64,000 nucleotides of DNA from an uncultured Methanolobus sp. (GCA_963675495.1 OY776215.1:2144001-2208000), one strand, 5' to 3'; positions 39,299-49,809 are shown, counted from the first letter of the stretch. The notes: generated by a model from the sequence alone, not told the origin. Numbers and translations: made by a program.

Positions 39299-40420
39299 TC
39301 ATTCCCACGAGCCAGTAACCTTTCCTTCTAACGCCATCTTTCCCATAACTCTCCTGTAACGTTTGCTGACAGGCGACGTCATGACATTTGCATAGGGCGT
39401 GCCGGGAAGCGGTGTCAGATAATGTGAATGAACATGACCACCTTTTTTACATATCCACTGAATGATTTCAAGGCTCATGTCCTGCTCTTCTTCGGTCTCA
39501 TCCGGGAATCCAACCATGAAATCCACAACCGGTGTGATGCCGTGGTCAAAACAGATATCAATGCTGTGGACAACATCATCAACGGTGTGTCCTCTCAGGA
39601 TGCTTCTGAGAATGCGGTCACTTCCAGACTGTGCTCCCAGGCTCACTTTGGTATTGGTGCAGTACTTTGTGATAAGCTCCAGTGACTCATCGGTGACAAA
39701 TTCCGGCCTGACCTCCGAGGGAAACGTGCCAAAATAGATTGTCTTTCCTTCCATCCGGTGAAGGGTTGAAAGCAAGTTCTCAACCTTGTCAAGCCTTGGA
39801 TGGATACCATCGCTTCCGTATGCCAGGGCATTTGATGATGTAAATCTGAGGTCCCTATAGTGCTTTGCATATTTTACAATAGAGTCTATACTCCTGTGCC
39901 TAACTTTTCCACCAAATAGCCGGGGTGTCTGACAGTACTTGCACCTGAAAGGGCATCCTCTGCTTATCTCCAGAGGTGACATGAGGATATTGGGGTCAAA
40001 ACATGGATACTTATCAAGATCAACAGGTTCTCTTTTGCCTGTGAAAATGGTTTTGTTATTATTGTCCTTGTAAGCTATCCCCTTAATCTGGGAAACATCT
40101 TTGCCTGAGGTTATGGTTTCTATAAGTTCAGGTAAGGTTTCTTCACCCTCTCCAATGACAACATAATCAAAAATATCAAGTGTTTCCTCCGGCTTTCCGG
40201 ATGGGTGCGGGCCGCCTGCTATAAATATGGAATTAGTGTTTGCCTCCTTAACTTCCCTAAAGACAGATGCAGCCTGCCTGGTGGCAAAGCTGTATATCAT
40301 TATTCCATCCTGGGGCTCTTTGGCTTTTAAAGCACCCGGAACAAGGGGAGCCAGCGCTGCGAGGCTGTATGCATTCTTTTTGTTCCAGCGAAAAGAGACG
40401 TCCATGAGTTTCAATCTCAC
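39299..40420 (-). CDS. B12-binding domain/radical SAM protein (TIGR04013-like)
   Basis: IAGGPHPS, GEGEET, EISRGCPFRCKYC, PSEVRPE, GAQSGS; GTGA overlap with the upstream gene. Confidence 0.85.
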   Translation of the reverse strand: MRLKLMDVSFRWNKKNAYSLAALAPLVPGALKAKEPQDGIMIYSFATRQAASVFREVKEANTNSIFIAGGPHPSGKPEETLDIFDYVVIGEGEETLPELIETITSGKDVSQIKGIAYKDNNNKTIFTGKREPVDLDKYPCFDPNILMSPLEISRGCPFRCKYCQTPRLFGGKVRHRSIDSIVKYAKHYRDLRFTSSNALAYGSDGIHPRLDKVENLLSTLHRMEGKTIYFGTFPSEVRPEFVTDESLELITKYCTNTKVSLGAQSGSDRILRSILRGHTVDDVVHSIDICFDHGITPVVDFMVGFPDETEEEQDMSLEIIQWICKKGGHVHSHYLTPLPGTPYANVMTSPVSKRYRRVMGKMALEGKVTGSWE

Positions 40421-40821
40421 GCCTTGTTAATCTCTACAAAGGAACCTGTGCTGTTAACGATTACCTTGTCACCATTCTTTAGTAGCTCAAAAGGATCGCT
40501 TTCCAGTCTGTCCACAAGGGGTATCTCTGATATTATCGCTCCCACTGCTACAATGGGTTCGGATTCAAGATTGATCATTGCAGCAGGTGCAACATTGTTC
40601 TTGAAAAGCTGATAAATGACATATGAGCCTACAGTGGACCCTTTTCCGTGTGGGAAAACAAGGACCTTTCCGCTAATGGACTGGCCATAGAGTTCGTGTT
40701 GTGGTTCTACGATTTCCCCGGTTTCAGGATCGACGTTCCCAAGGAAAGATATCGGGTCGTGTGTAAGGAGCGCTTCTCCTTCTGCAACACCTCTTGCGAT
40801 GGTCCTGCAATTAATTTTCAT
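40417..40821 (-). CDS. Phosphomevalonate dehydratase small subunit (aconitase X swivel, DUF126)
   Basis: ISFLGNVDPETG, KGSTVGSYV, GAIISEIP. Confidence 0.88.
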   Translation of the reverse strand: MKINCRTIARGVAEGEALLTHDPISFLGNVDPETGEIVEPQHELYGQSISGKVLVFPHGKGSTVGSYVIYQLFKNNVAPAAMINLESEPIVAVGAIISEIPLVDRLESDPFELLKNGDKVIVNSTGSFVEINKA

Positions 40822-41995
40822 CGATGACACCTGCCTCTTTTATGCAATCCTCAATACTCGCATACTTCGCAGCCACCTTACACATGCTTGGCACGTAGGC
40901 CAGCGCTTTCCCGGAATTAACTGTTATGGATGCGTATTTGTTAGTGGCAGGGGATACTACCATACAGGTGTCACACACAACCTTAGCCCCACTTTTCTCG
41001 ATCCTCTGCACAAGTTCGGGGTACCTTTGCGCAACTTCCCTTGCAGTGCATACCCACATTTCTTTTTCCAGTTTCTTTCCGTCGACGAGTCGTGCTATCT
41101 TTTCCAGTTCATCAGGTGAACAATGTGGACATCCCACAGTTATTATTTCACTTGATAGTATGTCCCTGTTAGTTTCATAGACCTCGTCTATCTGTTTTCT
41201 TTCAACAGGAACTATCTCATCAGGTCTGGTAAACTTGTTTCTGACAGCCTCAGATGTCACACCTTCTATATGATAGAGTGCCACAGCCCCGGATGCTGCA
41301 AGTGCCGCACCGAGGGATTTCATCTCATCTTTTGAAGGTTCGCTCTTCATGTAAAATATGGGCACCCTGCTTCCTACAGTCTTACCGACAACGTAGCCAA
41401 GGGCGCCGTAATCAGAGCCAGAAAGTTTGCAATCGACTTCCACGGCAATTACAGGTTCCCTCATTTCATCAAGGTGGTATCCGTAATTTGCAGTTTTCCC
41501 CACAAGTGCCGCTGATAGGGCTGAAGGTCCTCCTTCACGGTTTGTCCTTGCACCTATCACGGAGTTGGCATAGGATACTGCAGAGGACTCGCTCCATGCT
41601 ATATGATCATCCAGTTTGATATCAAATCCTTCGAGATAGTAAGGGGTGCATGTGCACTTTGTCTGAATTCCCAGTTTTGCATAGGCTTCTATAATCTCCT
41701 GTTGTTTCTTTGCAAAAACCGGGTCAATACCCATCTCTTGCCATTTGTTGATGTCCATACCGGCAGGGTTGAGTATTGAAGGAATCTTCACTTTTCCTTC
41801 AAGGTCGGAGATCCATTCCAGTCCTGCATCTCCCATTGTCTTATATGATACTCCGGCTATCTGGGCACTTTTTACAGGTATCAACCTGTCCGCACCGTAA
41901 ATATCTCCAAGCGCCACAAGGATCTCTATTGCTTTTTGAAGGCTTGGGCCATACTCGCCTTCAAGGGTCTTTTCTTCTTCCTGTGTAAGATACAT
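40811..41995 (-). CDS. Phosphomevalonate dehydratase large subunit (aconitase X, DUF521)
   Basis: GVSYKT, CTCTPY, WSESSA, GARTNREG, GCPHCS, DTCMVVSP, NSGKA. Confidence 0.9.
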   Translation of the reverse strand: MYLTQEEEKTLEGEYGPSLQKAIEILVALGDIYGADRLIPVKSAQIAGVSYKTMGDAGLEWISDLEGKVKIPSILNPAGMDINKWQEMGIDPVFAKKQQEIIEAYAKLGIQTKCTCTPYYLEGFDIKLDDHIAWSESSAVSYANSVIGARTNREGGPSALSAALVGKTANYGYHLDEMREPVIAVEVDCKLSGSDYGALGYVVGKTVGSRVPIFYMKSEPSKDEMKSLGAALAASGAVALYHIEGVTSEAVRNKFTRPDEIVPVERKQIDEVYETNRDILSSEIITVGCPHCSPDELEKIARLVDGKKLEKEMWVCTAREVAQRYPELVQRIEKSGAKVVCDTCMVVSPATNKYASITVNSGKALAYVPSMCKVAAKYASIEDCIKEAGVIDEN

Positions 41996-42015
41996 TATTG
42001 TTCCAACCTTGCTGT

Positions 42016-43275
42016 TTATTCAGGCATCTTTGCACGCTCGAAGTTCTGCGCTTCTTTGAGTACCTTGGTTGCATCGATGCCCATTTTGGTTGTGGTCCCG
42101 TCAGGTGCACCCCTCGGGTCAAGTGAGCTTCCCCTGACATTCGGTATTATCATTATATCCATGTCAGCCTTCACTCTGGTAGCAATGGCAAACTCCACAT
42201 CATGCAGGTCAAATATGTCAATGTCCTCATCAACCACTACTACGTGCTTCAGGCTTGTGTGGGCTGCAAAGGCTGCCATGATAGCATTCTTCCCGTCACC
42301 CTCTGTCTGTTTTTCTATCTGAACCACTGCGTGCAGGTAACAGCATCCACCTTCTGTGAGCACAACATTCTTTACAGTTGTGACCTCGCTCACAGCGTTG
42401 AATATCCTAGGTTCGTAAGGAACTCCCATCATCAGGAGGTGCTCAGGTCCGGCAGGGAGTATTCCATGGTAAATAGGGTCCTTGCGGTGCAATACTCTTG
42501 TAATATGTATGACAGGTTCCTGTCTGACAAGGTCGTAGGTGCCAGTGATGTCTACAAATGGTCCTTCATCGACTCTCTCCTTAGGGTCAATGTAACCTTC
42601 AAGCACTATCTCTGCATGTGGGACCTTTATTCCGTTTGAACACTCGAACAGTTCCACCGGTCTTCCACGAAGGGCAGCTGCGTAGTGGAATTCTTTTCCT
42701 GCAGGCACACGTGTCGTAGATGCGAAGGTGACTGTAGGGTCAGCACCAAGAACGATTGCAATTGGGAGTTTTTCTCCTTTGTCAGATGCTTTCTTGTGTA
42801 AAACATAGCTGTGCCTTGGAGCTACAAGCCTTGCTGCAAGTCTTGTCTTATCAACAACCAGGAGTCTGTGAATAGCTGCATTCATCACACCATCATATTC
42901 TGTAACGACAATTCCGGCTGTGATGTAAGGCCCTGCATCCTTTTCAAAATGGGTCATTATCGGTAATTTTGACAGGTCAACATCATCCTCAATGACTTCC
43001 ATTGTAGGGGATTCCTTAACGACAATGACCTCGCCATCAGGTGATACTTCAGAGAGTCTCTTGATTATCTTATCTTTTTCCACACCGAACATTGTTGCAA
43101 GTTCATCCCTTGAACCTAACACGTTCATGATTGCTTTGTTCCCATCGATATCGTGGAAAAGTACCGGTCCGGGTGTCTTCCTTGCAATACGTGGTGCTTC
43201 GAACACCTTTGAAACAGGTTCTGTTATCTCAACAAGTTTCCCGTTCTTCCTGAGCTGGTCGATAAATTCCCTCAT
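42016..43275 (-). CDS. UbiD-family decarboxylase, probably trans-anhydromevalonate-phosphate decarboxylase
   Basis: DAGPYITAG, EIVLEG, EGPFVDITG, VVVVDEDIDI, SSLDP; adjacent to the AcnX genes. Confidence 0.88.
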   Translation of the reverse strand: MREFIDQLRKNGKLVEITEPVSKVFEAPRIARKTPGPVLFHDIDGNKAIMNVLGSRDELATMFGVEKDKIIKRLSEVSPDGEVIVVKESPTMEVIEDDVDLSKLPIMTHFEKDAGPYITAGIVVTEYDGVMNAAIHRLLVVDKTRLAARLVAPRHSYVLHKKASDKGEKLPIAIVLGADPTVTFASTTRVPAGKEFHYAAALRGRPVELFECSNGIKVPHAEIVLEGYIDPKERVDEGPFVDITGTYDLVRQEPVIHITRVLHRKDPIYHGILPAGPEHLLMMGVPYEPRIFNAVSEVTTVKNVVLTEGGCCYLHAVVQIEKQTEGDGKNAIMAAFAAHTSLKHVVVVDEDIDIFDLHDVEFAIATRVKADMDIMIIPNVRGSSLDPRGAPDGTTTKMGIDATKVLKEAQNFERAKMPE

Positions 43276-43488
43276 GGTATCATCCGTGTAAAAGTTGTAG
43301 TATATTAGTGAGTAATCTCAGTTTGGACTAGCATATGAGCCAATTATATTTGAATGCATATACTAAAAGAGGATTATGTAAAGTAGTCGTGGGATTAATA
43401 TGAAAATAACAAATTAAAAGATTCCTGAGTTATAGTAATCAATAGCTTCGTTCTAAAAGAAGTTTTTCAGGATACGCGTGAATGCATC

Positions 43489-44442
43489 CTAATGCTCAAC
43501 TAGGATCTCGTTTTCTTCAGATTTAATTTCTCCGAACCAGTAAGGCTTTGACACCATTTCATTTTTTAGTGTACGATAAACACCGTAGAGGGTGTATTCT
43601 CCAGGTTCAAGTTCCCAACATCTGGAATTGAATGTGGCATTAATTGATTCTCTTGGCTTTAGTTCTTCGGTGTTATCATTGGTCATCGGAACTCTTGAAA
43701 GCACACCACAGGAATAATCCGCATAATTATTGGATTCAACTGATTTGAAGTATATATCATAACTGATCTGCTCATAGAGTTTCCATACATTTAGAGTATT
43801 GTTTCCTGTATTTGTCAATGTAAGATGTATATCAAAGGTTTCGTTGTCTTTCACTTTTGTTTTTTCCGGCACGACTGATAAGTTCAACATACCACGCTGG
43901 TATTGGGAAACATAGATTATTTCAACAGGTTTTCCATTGTACACTTTCTCAGTACTCCTTATATTATATTCTTCATTGCCGTTAACAATTTCTCCGTCTA
44001 TATAACCCATGGATTCTGAGCCTGTAAACCATGCAGAGCTCTCCATGTTGTTAACGACTGTTCCTTCGAATATGAATACTTCTTGTGGGTCAAGTTCGTC
44101 GAAATAGAGATTTTGTCCATTGTTTAAAGATACCTTTCTGGCTCCCTCGGGAAAAATAACTTCCTTAAGTTCCAATTCTAAACTCTTGTTCATTATTTCA
44201 AGTGTGATAGTGCCACCATCTACATATTTTTTGAAAAGTGCCGGGTCAGGAGTCACAACTTCATAATTTCCCTCAAGCCGGAAATACTCTCTGTCAGTAG
44301 AAAGATTGTAATCTATAGTCTCAAATATTGAATCTGCATTCTTCTTTGTTGAAGAATCACTGTAGTCCATATCAAAACATCCGGTAATTGATACTGTAAT
44401 GAATACACAAAGGAGAACAACAGAAATGGTCAGAGTTTTCAT
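43489..44442 (-). CDS. Hypothetical lipoprotein with C-terminal Ig-like domain
   Basis: Signal/lipobox MKTLTISVVLLCVFITVSITGC; LTLTNTGNNTL...LEPGEYTL. Confidence 0.7.
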   Translation of the reverse strand: MKTLTISVVLLCVFITVSITGCFDMDYSDSSTKKNADSIFETIDYNLSTDREYFRLEGNYEVVTPDPALFKKYVDGGTITLEIMNKSLELELKEVIFPEGARKVSLNNGQNLYFDELDPQEVFIFEGTVVNNMESSAWFTGSESMGYIDGEIVNGNEEYNIRSTEKVYNGKPVEIIYVSQYQRGMLNLSVVPEKTKVKDNETFDIHLTLTNTGNNTLNVWKLYEQISYDIYFKSVESNNYADYSCGVLSRVPMTNDNTEELKPRESINATFNSRCWELEPGEYTLYGVYRTLKNEMVSKPYWFGEIKSEENEILVEH

Positions 44443-44600
44443 AGCATCACTATATGCAAACATGCGCGATTTCGCATATAAATGCATCCTCATACAAAAT
44501 AATAATACACAGTAATCTATTTTATTTCGTATGTATATTTTGAACAAATCTTTAGATTCATAATCATTTTTCAAATTAACGAAAAGGACAAAGGTTTATT

Positions 44601-45419
44601 TCAGCACCAAGTATGATAATATCCTTTATCCTTACCAACCTCGACCGAAATGCCAAATAACTCCGTCAGTTTCTCAGTGGTGAGTATGTTTTCAATATCA
44701 CCGTCAGCAAATATCCTGCCGTCCTTCAGGAGAACTGCACGATGAATTTCAGGTACGATATCTTCGAGATCATGTGTTACCATAATTATACTCTTTCCGG
44801 CAGATGCTATTTTGCTCACAGTTTCCCTGAACTTGTGCTTGCTTTTCAGGTCCAGGCTGTTTGTGGGCTCGTCCAGCACAAGTATCATGGGGTCATGTAC
44901 AAGTGCCCTGCCGATGAGTACTCTTCTTGCTTCTCCGGTTGAGAGTTCCGAGATGTTCTTATCTGCAATATGTCCAATTTCCAAAAAATCAATTATCTCA
45001 TCGGTTCTTTCCAGCATATAAGGTTTAATGTGAAGATTGGGGTAGATGCCGATACTACTGAAAAATCCGGAAAGTACTACATCTGTTACTGTTATGTCCC
45101 GCATGTACTCTAACTGCAAGTCTCCTGAAACAATACCCAGTAGTTTTTTGAGGTCGCAGAGATTCCATCTGTTTTTTCCAAGGACTTTGAATACCATTCC
45201 TTCAGTCTCTGCAATTGGTCGATAGTCGCCAATTATAGTTTTGATGATGGATGATTTGCCCGAACCATTCGGTCCTATGATGGCTATGTTTTCTCCTTTT
45301 TCAATATTGAAAGAAATGGAATCAAGTATTATCTTGTCATTTTTTCGGACTATTAGATTCTTCATTTCGACAAGTGAATCGGGGAACATTTCCGTTTTTT
45401 CTGTCATATCTTTATACAT
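44601..45419 (-). CDS. ABC ATP-binding protein (ModF/YlmA-like, no adjacent permease)
   Basis: GPNGSGKS, LSTGEARR, LVLDEP, VTHD. Confidence 0.85.
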   Translation of the reverse strand: MYKDMTEKTEMFPDSLVEMKNLIVRKNDKIILDSISFNIEKGENIAIIGPNGSGKSSIIKTIIGDYRPIAETEGMVFKVLGKNRWNLCDLKKLLGIVSGDLQLEYMRDITVTDVVLSGFFSSIGIYPNLHIKPYMLERTDEIIDFLEIGHIADKNISELSTGEARRVLIGRALVHDPMILVLDEPTNSLDLKSKHKFRETVSKIASAGKSIIMVTHDLEDIVPEIHRAVLLKDGRIFADGDIENILTTEKLTELFGISVEVGKDKGYYHTWC

Positions 45420-45708
45420 CTACCAATCACACAGTTTTTTTTAATTTACTTCAGATTAATTGTTTTCAGATAATGTTTCAGGACTAATAATTCTTTTTCA
45501 TTATTCTGATAAACTGCAGTATGCACAGTTGTGTTGTTGTTTTTAGAAATTGAGTTTTCATTCCAGCACTCAAATATCCGTGCAACTGGGAATATCAAGA
45601 ACCCTTTTAGCAAAATATATATAGGAAGGACCTAATACTACATTGTAATAATGTGAAAAGAGTATATGAATGAATAAATATATTCTACTGAATAATTTAG
45701 GTGGTACT

Positions 45709-46302
45709 ATGAGAAAAATAAACGTATTATTATTACTTGTTGTTTTGATGCTCTCTATGGCACATACAGCAAGTGCATTGGCACCGGCAACAGAATTTGA
45801 AGATGGATGTTATTGCGTGAACCTGGTTGGAGATTATTCTGCACCACAGTTAACTCCAACATCTGCGGCTCCTGCATTGTCCGCGATTCCTGCAACATTC
45901 CATTTAGATGTTAATGCAAAAGTGTGCAAATCAGGAGATGAAATTACAGTCGAAGAATTCAACGATGTTGCCAGTGATCCTGGTGTTGTGCTGGACACAT
46001 GCATAGTAACAGGCATAAATGAAACTACAATTGAACTTTTCGCAAACGGTACATGCATGGACGGCAATTACTTTGAAGGACAAATGACCTTGGTCGGAAG
46101 TAATGGAAACTACGCAACTCTCACATCTGCAGTAGGTGCTGTTAACATGACAAACCCATCGTTGGGAACAATAGCTGTTATAGGAGATTTTACAGCAACA
46201 ATAACATCATGTGAACAGCAGATACCAGAATTCCCAACTGTTGCTCTTCCAATGATTGCTATAATTGGACTTGCATTTGTAATACAGCGCAGGAAGGACT
46301 AA
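45709..46302 (+). CDS. PEF-CTERM sorting-domain surface protein (paralog 1)
   Basis: Signal peptide and C-terminal IPEFPTVALPMIAIIGLAFVIQRRKD; RBS GGTGG. Confidence 0.88.
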   Translation: MRKINVLLLLVVLMLSMAHTASALAPATEFEDGCYCVNLVGDYSAPQLTPTSAAPALSAIPATFHLDVNAKVCKSGDEITVEEFNDVASDPGVVLDTCIVTGINETTIELFANGTCMDGNYFEGQMTLVGSNGNYATLTSAVGAVNMTNPSLGTIAVIGDFTATITSCEQQIPEFPTVALPMIAIIGLAFVIQRRKD

Positions 46303-46316
46303 AGTTCCATATACAG

Positions 46317-46336
46317 GTGTAGGTTTTAACCTGCAC
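46317..46336 (+). terminator. Hairpin plus T-tract between the PEF-CTERM paralogs
   Basis: GTGTAGGTT-tt-AACCTGCAC followed by long T runs. Confidence 0.55.
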
Positions 46337-46519
46337 ATTTTTCTTTCTTTTTTTGTTAATTGATTTTTTAATTTCAGTACTCAACTATTATTATCGCTAA
46401 AAAAGATCAAGAACTTTTTAGCAAGCTGTATATAGAAATGATTTGTTACTACTGTGTAACAATATGTGGAAAGTATAATGGCGCATAAATATTTTCGATT
46501 GAATTATTTTGGTGGTACT

Positions 46520-47125
46520 ATGAAAAAAATGAACGTATTATTATTGCTTGTTGTTTTGATGCTCTCAATGACACATACAGCAAGTGCATTGGTTCCGACA
46601 ACAGAATTTGCAGATGGATGTTACTGTGTGAACCTGGTTGGAGATTATTCTGTAGCACAGCTTGACCCAACAGCTGCTGCCCCTGCATTATCCGTAATCC
46701 CTTCTGCAACATTCCATTTAGATGTTAATGCAAAAGTATGCAAATCAGGAGATGAAATTACAGTCGAAGAGTTCAACGATGTCGCTAGTGATCTAGGTGT
46801 TGTGCTGGACACATGCATAGTAACAGGCATAAATGAGGATACAATTGAACTTTATGCAAACGGTACATGTATGGACGGTAATTACTTTGAAGGACAAATG
46901 ACCTTGGTAAAAAGTAATGATGGAAGCTATGTAACTCAACTCATCACACCTGCAACAGGCACTGTTAACATGACAAATCCACCTCTTGGGTTAATACCTG
47001 TAATGGGAGAGTTTACAGCAACAATAACACCATGTGAACAGCAGATACCAGAATTCCCAACTGTTGCCCTTCCAATGATTGCTATAATTGGACTTGCATT
47101 CTTCATACAGCGTAGAAAAGAATAA
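46520..47125 (+). CDS. PEF-CTERM sorting-domain surface protein (paralog 2)
   Basis: Highly similar to the preceding gene; ends IPEFPTVALP...QRRKE. Confidence 0.88.
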   Translation: MKKMNVLLLLVVLMLSMTHTASALVPTTEFADGCYCVNLVGDYSVAQLDPTAAAPALSVIPSATFHLDVNAKVCKSGDEITVEEFNDVASDLGVVLDTCIVTGINEDTIELYANGTCMDGNYFEGQMTLVKSNDGSYVTQLITPATGTVNMTNPPLGLIPVMGEFTATITPCEQQIPEFPTVALPMIAIIGLAFFIQRRKE

Positions 47126-47184
47126 TCTGGAAATTCGGGACTCAAGTCCCTAATTTATTTTTAATATGAGACTCAATTAAATTA

Positions 47185-48246
47185 TTAATCCACTGCTTTT
47201 TCTGTAACAGGTTCTTTTTTAATGTTTTGTGCATCTCTTTTTTTGAACCAGAGTTTACGGCTATAATAATTCAGAGGATGGCTTATCTTTTTACACATTT
47301 CATCCGGGCTGTAGCAATTGCCATAGGTTTGCATGGTTGAACAGGATGGTGGCTTGTAGTTGGTTCCAGAAGAACCGGCAATATGTTCTACCTGATACCT
47401 GGCTTTTTCAATATCAAAATCAGGAGATGTAGTAAACAGGTTCATAATATCATCAACAGACATTCCAATAGTAAGGAGAAAAGCAGTCATTGCAAATCGC
47501 ATGGAATGTGCAAGGTTCACACCTGCCTGTGTATTGGCTATGGCATGAGTTATACAAGGGGGAAACAGATCAGTTTCAACAGATTCAAATTCAGAGTCAC
47601 CGAAATTGCTTTTTTGTTCTTCAAGAACGTCACTAAGTTCCTTTATATAAGATTCACACTCCTGGATAAGTTCATTGGAAACTGGCATTGGCAGGTTATG
47701 GGCAATACGATCTTTTATAAGCTCCTGCAAAAGACGCGCAAACTCTTCCCTTGACACATTTACATTGCCATGATCCAGTTTGCGATTGACCAGTTTCCAC
47801 TCGATTGCTTTAAGAGAACTTGCCATCCGGATATATGAAGTGAAATGCAGCTTAAATCCAGTTTCGGTTTCATCTGCATTAACTCCAAAATCAAGGGCAA
47901 ATTCTCTGAGAAAACTAAGGTCCTGCATTTTTAAGATTTTATAGGAAGCTACCGCTTCCGCAAGACAGTACCGGCGTGTTAAAAAAGAATCGTCAATGCA
48001 TGAAACAAGTATTCTTGAAAAAGGGTACGAAAGTAATTCCAGGAGGATTTTCTGTTCATCCGAGATGGAAAGATTGGGCTTTATTATTTCACCTGATATT
48101 GCCTGGAGAACGCGTTCTTTGCCACGAACACGTGCATATTCCATGGCCCGGGACGTAACCAGGCGATCAAGAGATATTCCGAGGTCCTTTACATGCAAGG
48201 ATGCCCCGGAAGTATATGGATATAATGCAAAGTCCTTTTCATCCAT
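47185..48246 (-). CDS. priL: DNA primase large subunit
   Basis: YPY, WKLVNR, FPPCI, NLAHSMRF, PDFD...YQVEHI, YKPPSC, HPLNYY. Confidence 0.93.
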   Translation of the reverse strand: MDEKDFALYPYTSGASLHVKDLGISLDRLVTSRAMEYARVRGKERVLQAISGEIIKPNLSISDEQKILLELLSYPFSRILVSCIDDSFLTRRYCLAEAVASYKILKMQDLSFLREFALDFGVNADETETGFKLHFTSYIRMASSLKAIEWKLVNRKLDHGNVNVSREEFARLLQELIKDRIAHNLPMPVSNELIQECESYIKELSDVLEEQKSNFGDSEFESVETDLFPPCITHAIANTQAGVNLAHSMRFAMTAFLLTIGMSVDDIMNLFTTSPDFDIEKARYQVEHIAGSSGTNYKPPSCSTMQTYGNCYSPDEMCKKISHPLNYYSRKLWFKKRDAQNIKKEPVTEKAVD

Positions 48247-48249
48247 AGA

Positions 48250-48987
48250 TCAATCAGATTCAATCCTTGGAGCCAGAAGATAACCGATCTTTCCTGCACC
48301 GTTTGCAATAGAGAAAGAGATCTTTACCGGGAAATCTTTTCCAATTTCCACCGTTATCTCGTTTGAGCGAGATGCTGGTTTTACAATATCTGAAAGATAG
48401 TCCAGTGAGAATAGGGAACGTGCTTCACCAGGTTTCATGTCGATAAGCTTGTCACGGGACATGTCAAGACGAACACGGTCAGTATCGCCTTCTGCTTCCA
48501 TGTAGAACACGTCGTCATCAATTCCAAGCAACATATGGTCGCTTATTTTCTCAGCTGCTTTTACCGCTCTCTGAAGATCCTTTCCATTAAGGACAACTTC
48601 AGCAGGAAGCTCTAGTTGTGGTATTCTTGGCTCTGCCCTGATAGTTGAAGGATCAAGCAATGCAAGGGTATAAGAAAGCCCTCCAAGCTGAAGTGACATT
48701 TTCTGGGACATCTCATCAAGCTCCATGACAACTTTCTCGTCCTTGCCTGCAACACCAAAAATATCATTTATCTTTGACAGGTCCATTCCAATCTCACAAT
48801 CATCAGCACTAAAATCATCAAAAGCGCCGGAGCCAAGCTCAAAACTGACCATGGCTACATTTGCAGGGTCTACTGCCCGAACAGTCATTCCTTCAGGAGA
48901 GATCCTGAACCTTGCCTCGTCAACAAGAACCGAAAGAGTTTCAATTGCAGATTTTAAAATATCTGCATCAATAGTTGCCTTGAACAT
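48250..48987 (-). CDS. pcn: PCNA sliding clamp
   Basis: AVDPANVAMV, FSLDYL, YLLAPRIE. Confidence 0.96.
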   Translation of the reverse strand: MFKATIDADILKSAIETLSVLVDEARFRISPEGMTVRAVDPANVAMVSFELGSGAFDDFSADDCEIGMDLSKINDIFGVAGKDEKVVMELDEMSQKMSLQLGGLSYTLALLDPSTIRAEPRIPQLELPAEVVLNGKDLQRAVKAAEKISDHMLLGIDDDVFYMEAEGDTDRVRLDMSRDKLIDMKPGEARSLFSLDYLSDIVKPASRSNEITVEIGKDFPVKISFSIANGAGKIGYLLAPRIESD

Positions 48988-49100
48988 CTAAATTCGCCAC
49001 CAATTAATTCAATTTTAAGGTCATTATATCTAATAAGCAATATATGTTTTTTTCTAATCATTGTGAAGATTAAACAAATGATATCTCAAATACCATTAAT

Positions 49101-49415
49101 TTAGTCATATTCACGCCAGGTACAACCGCATTTAGTGCATTTGAAAAAACGTGTTTCTGATTCATCTGCAGACCTCAGTTGGCGCAACCACCAATAAGCA
49201 ACGTTATGGCCACATTCGTCACATCTGGCAGAGGTTGTCGGAAGTCCCTGGTCAACATCACCTTCAAGAACAGTAACATCTCTCCTTTCCCTTGATGCCT
49301 TTGATACTAAAACCTCTGAACCAGCCTGCTTTCCTTTAACGTACCCACACTTTTTGCACTTAAAGGAATCACCTGAAGGAAACATCATACTTTTACATTC
49401 GGGACAAAATTCCAT
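49101..49415 (-). CDS. tfs: Transcription factor S
   Basis: FCPECKS Zn ribbon and QLRSADESETRFFKC. Confidence 0.95.
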   Translation of the reverse strand: MEFCPECKSMMFPSGDSFKCKKCGYVKGKQAGSEVLVSKASRERRDVTVLEGDVDQGLPTTSARCDECGHNVAYWWLRQLRSADESETRFFKCTKCGCTWREYD

Positions 49416-49809
49416 AAATATCACTTCTCGCATTTTCTATTATTATGTTATGGTCAAAAGCCATTTCTGGTATGTTCTGAATGTCGAATAACTGCACTCC
49501 TTTAGCATCCGTATTGGCTTTAGGGATACCATCTCCAAGTACCAGATAGACTATGCTCACCGTGTGCCCACGAGGATCACGCGAAGGTTCAGAATATACT
49601 CCAAGTAACTTAACTATTTCTATTGTAAGTCCTGTTTCTTCATTAACCTCACGTTCAACGGCCTTTTCAATTGTTTCACCGATATCTACAAAACCACCAG
49701 GAAGCGCATATTTTCCTTGATAAGGGGGATTTTTTCGTTCGATGAGAACGATTTTTCCGTTCAATATGATTACTGCATCAACTGTAAGTTTGGGAGTATT
49801 GGAAGGCAT
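49393..49809 (-). CDS. NUDIX hydrolase
   Basis: LPGGFVDIGET...REVNEETGL, RDPRGH, AFDH. Confidence 0.92.
   Translation of the reverse strand: MPSNTPKLTVDAVIILNGKIVLIERKNPPYQGKYALPGGFVDIGETIEKAVEREVNEETGLTIEIVKLLGVYSEPSRDPRGHTVSIVYLVLGDGIPKANTDAKGVQLFDIQNIPEMAFDHNIIIENARSDIYGILSRM

Noticed and set aside
43320-43365. CATATG-centred imperfect palindromes (also near 21918 and 55090) as a shared operator
   Set aside because: Flanks are inconsistent between sites; could be chance in AT-rich DNA.
44443-44574. 44-aa N-terminal extension of the 361-aa ORF
   Set aside because: The signal peptide and lipobox begin at ATG 44442; the extension covers promoter-like sequence.
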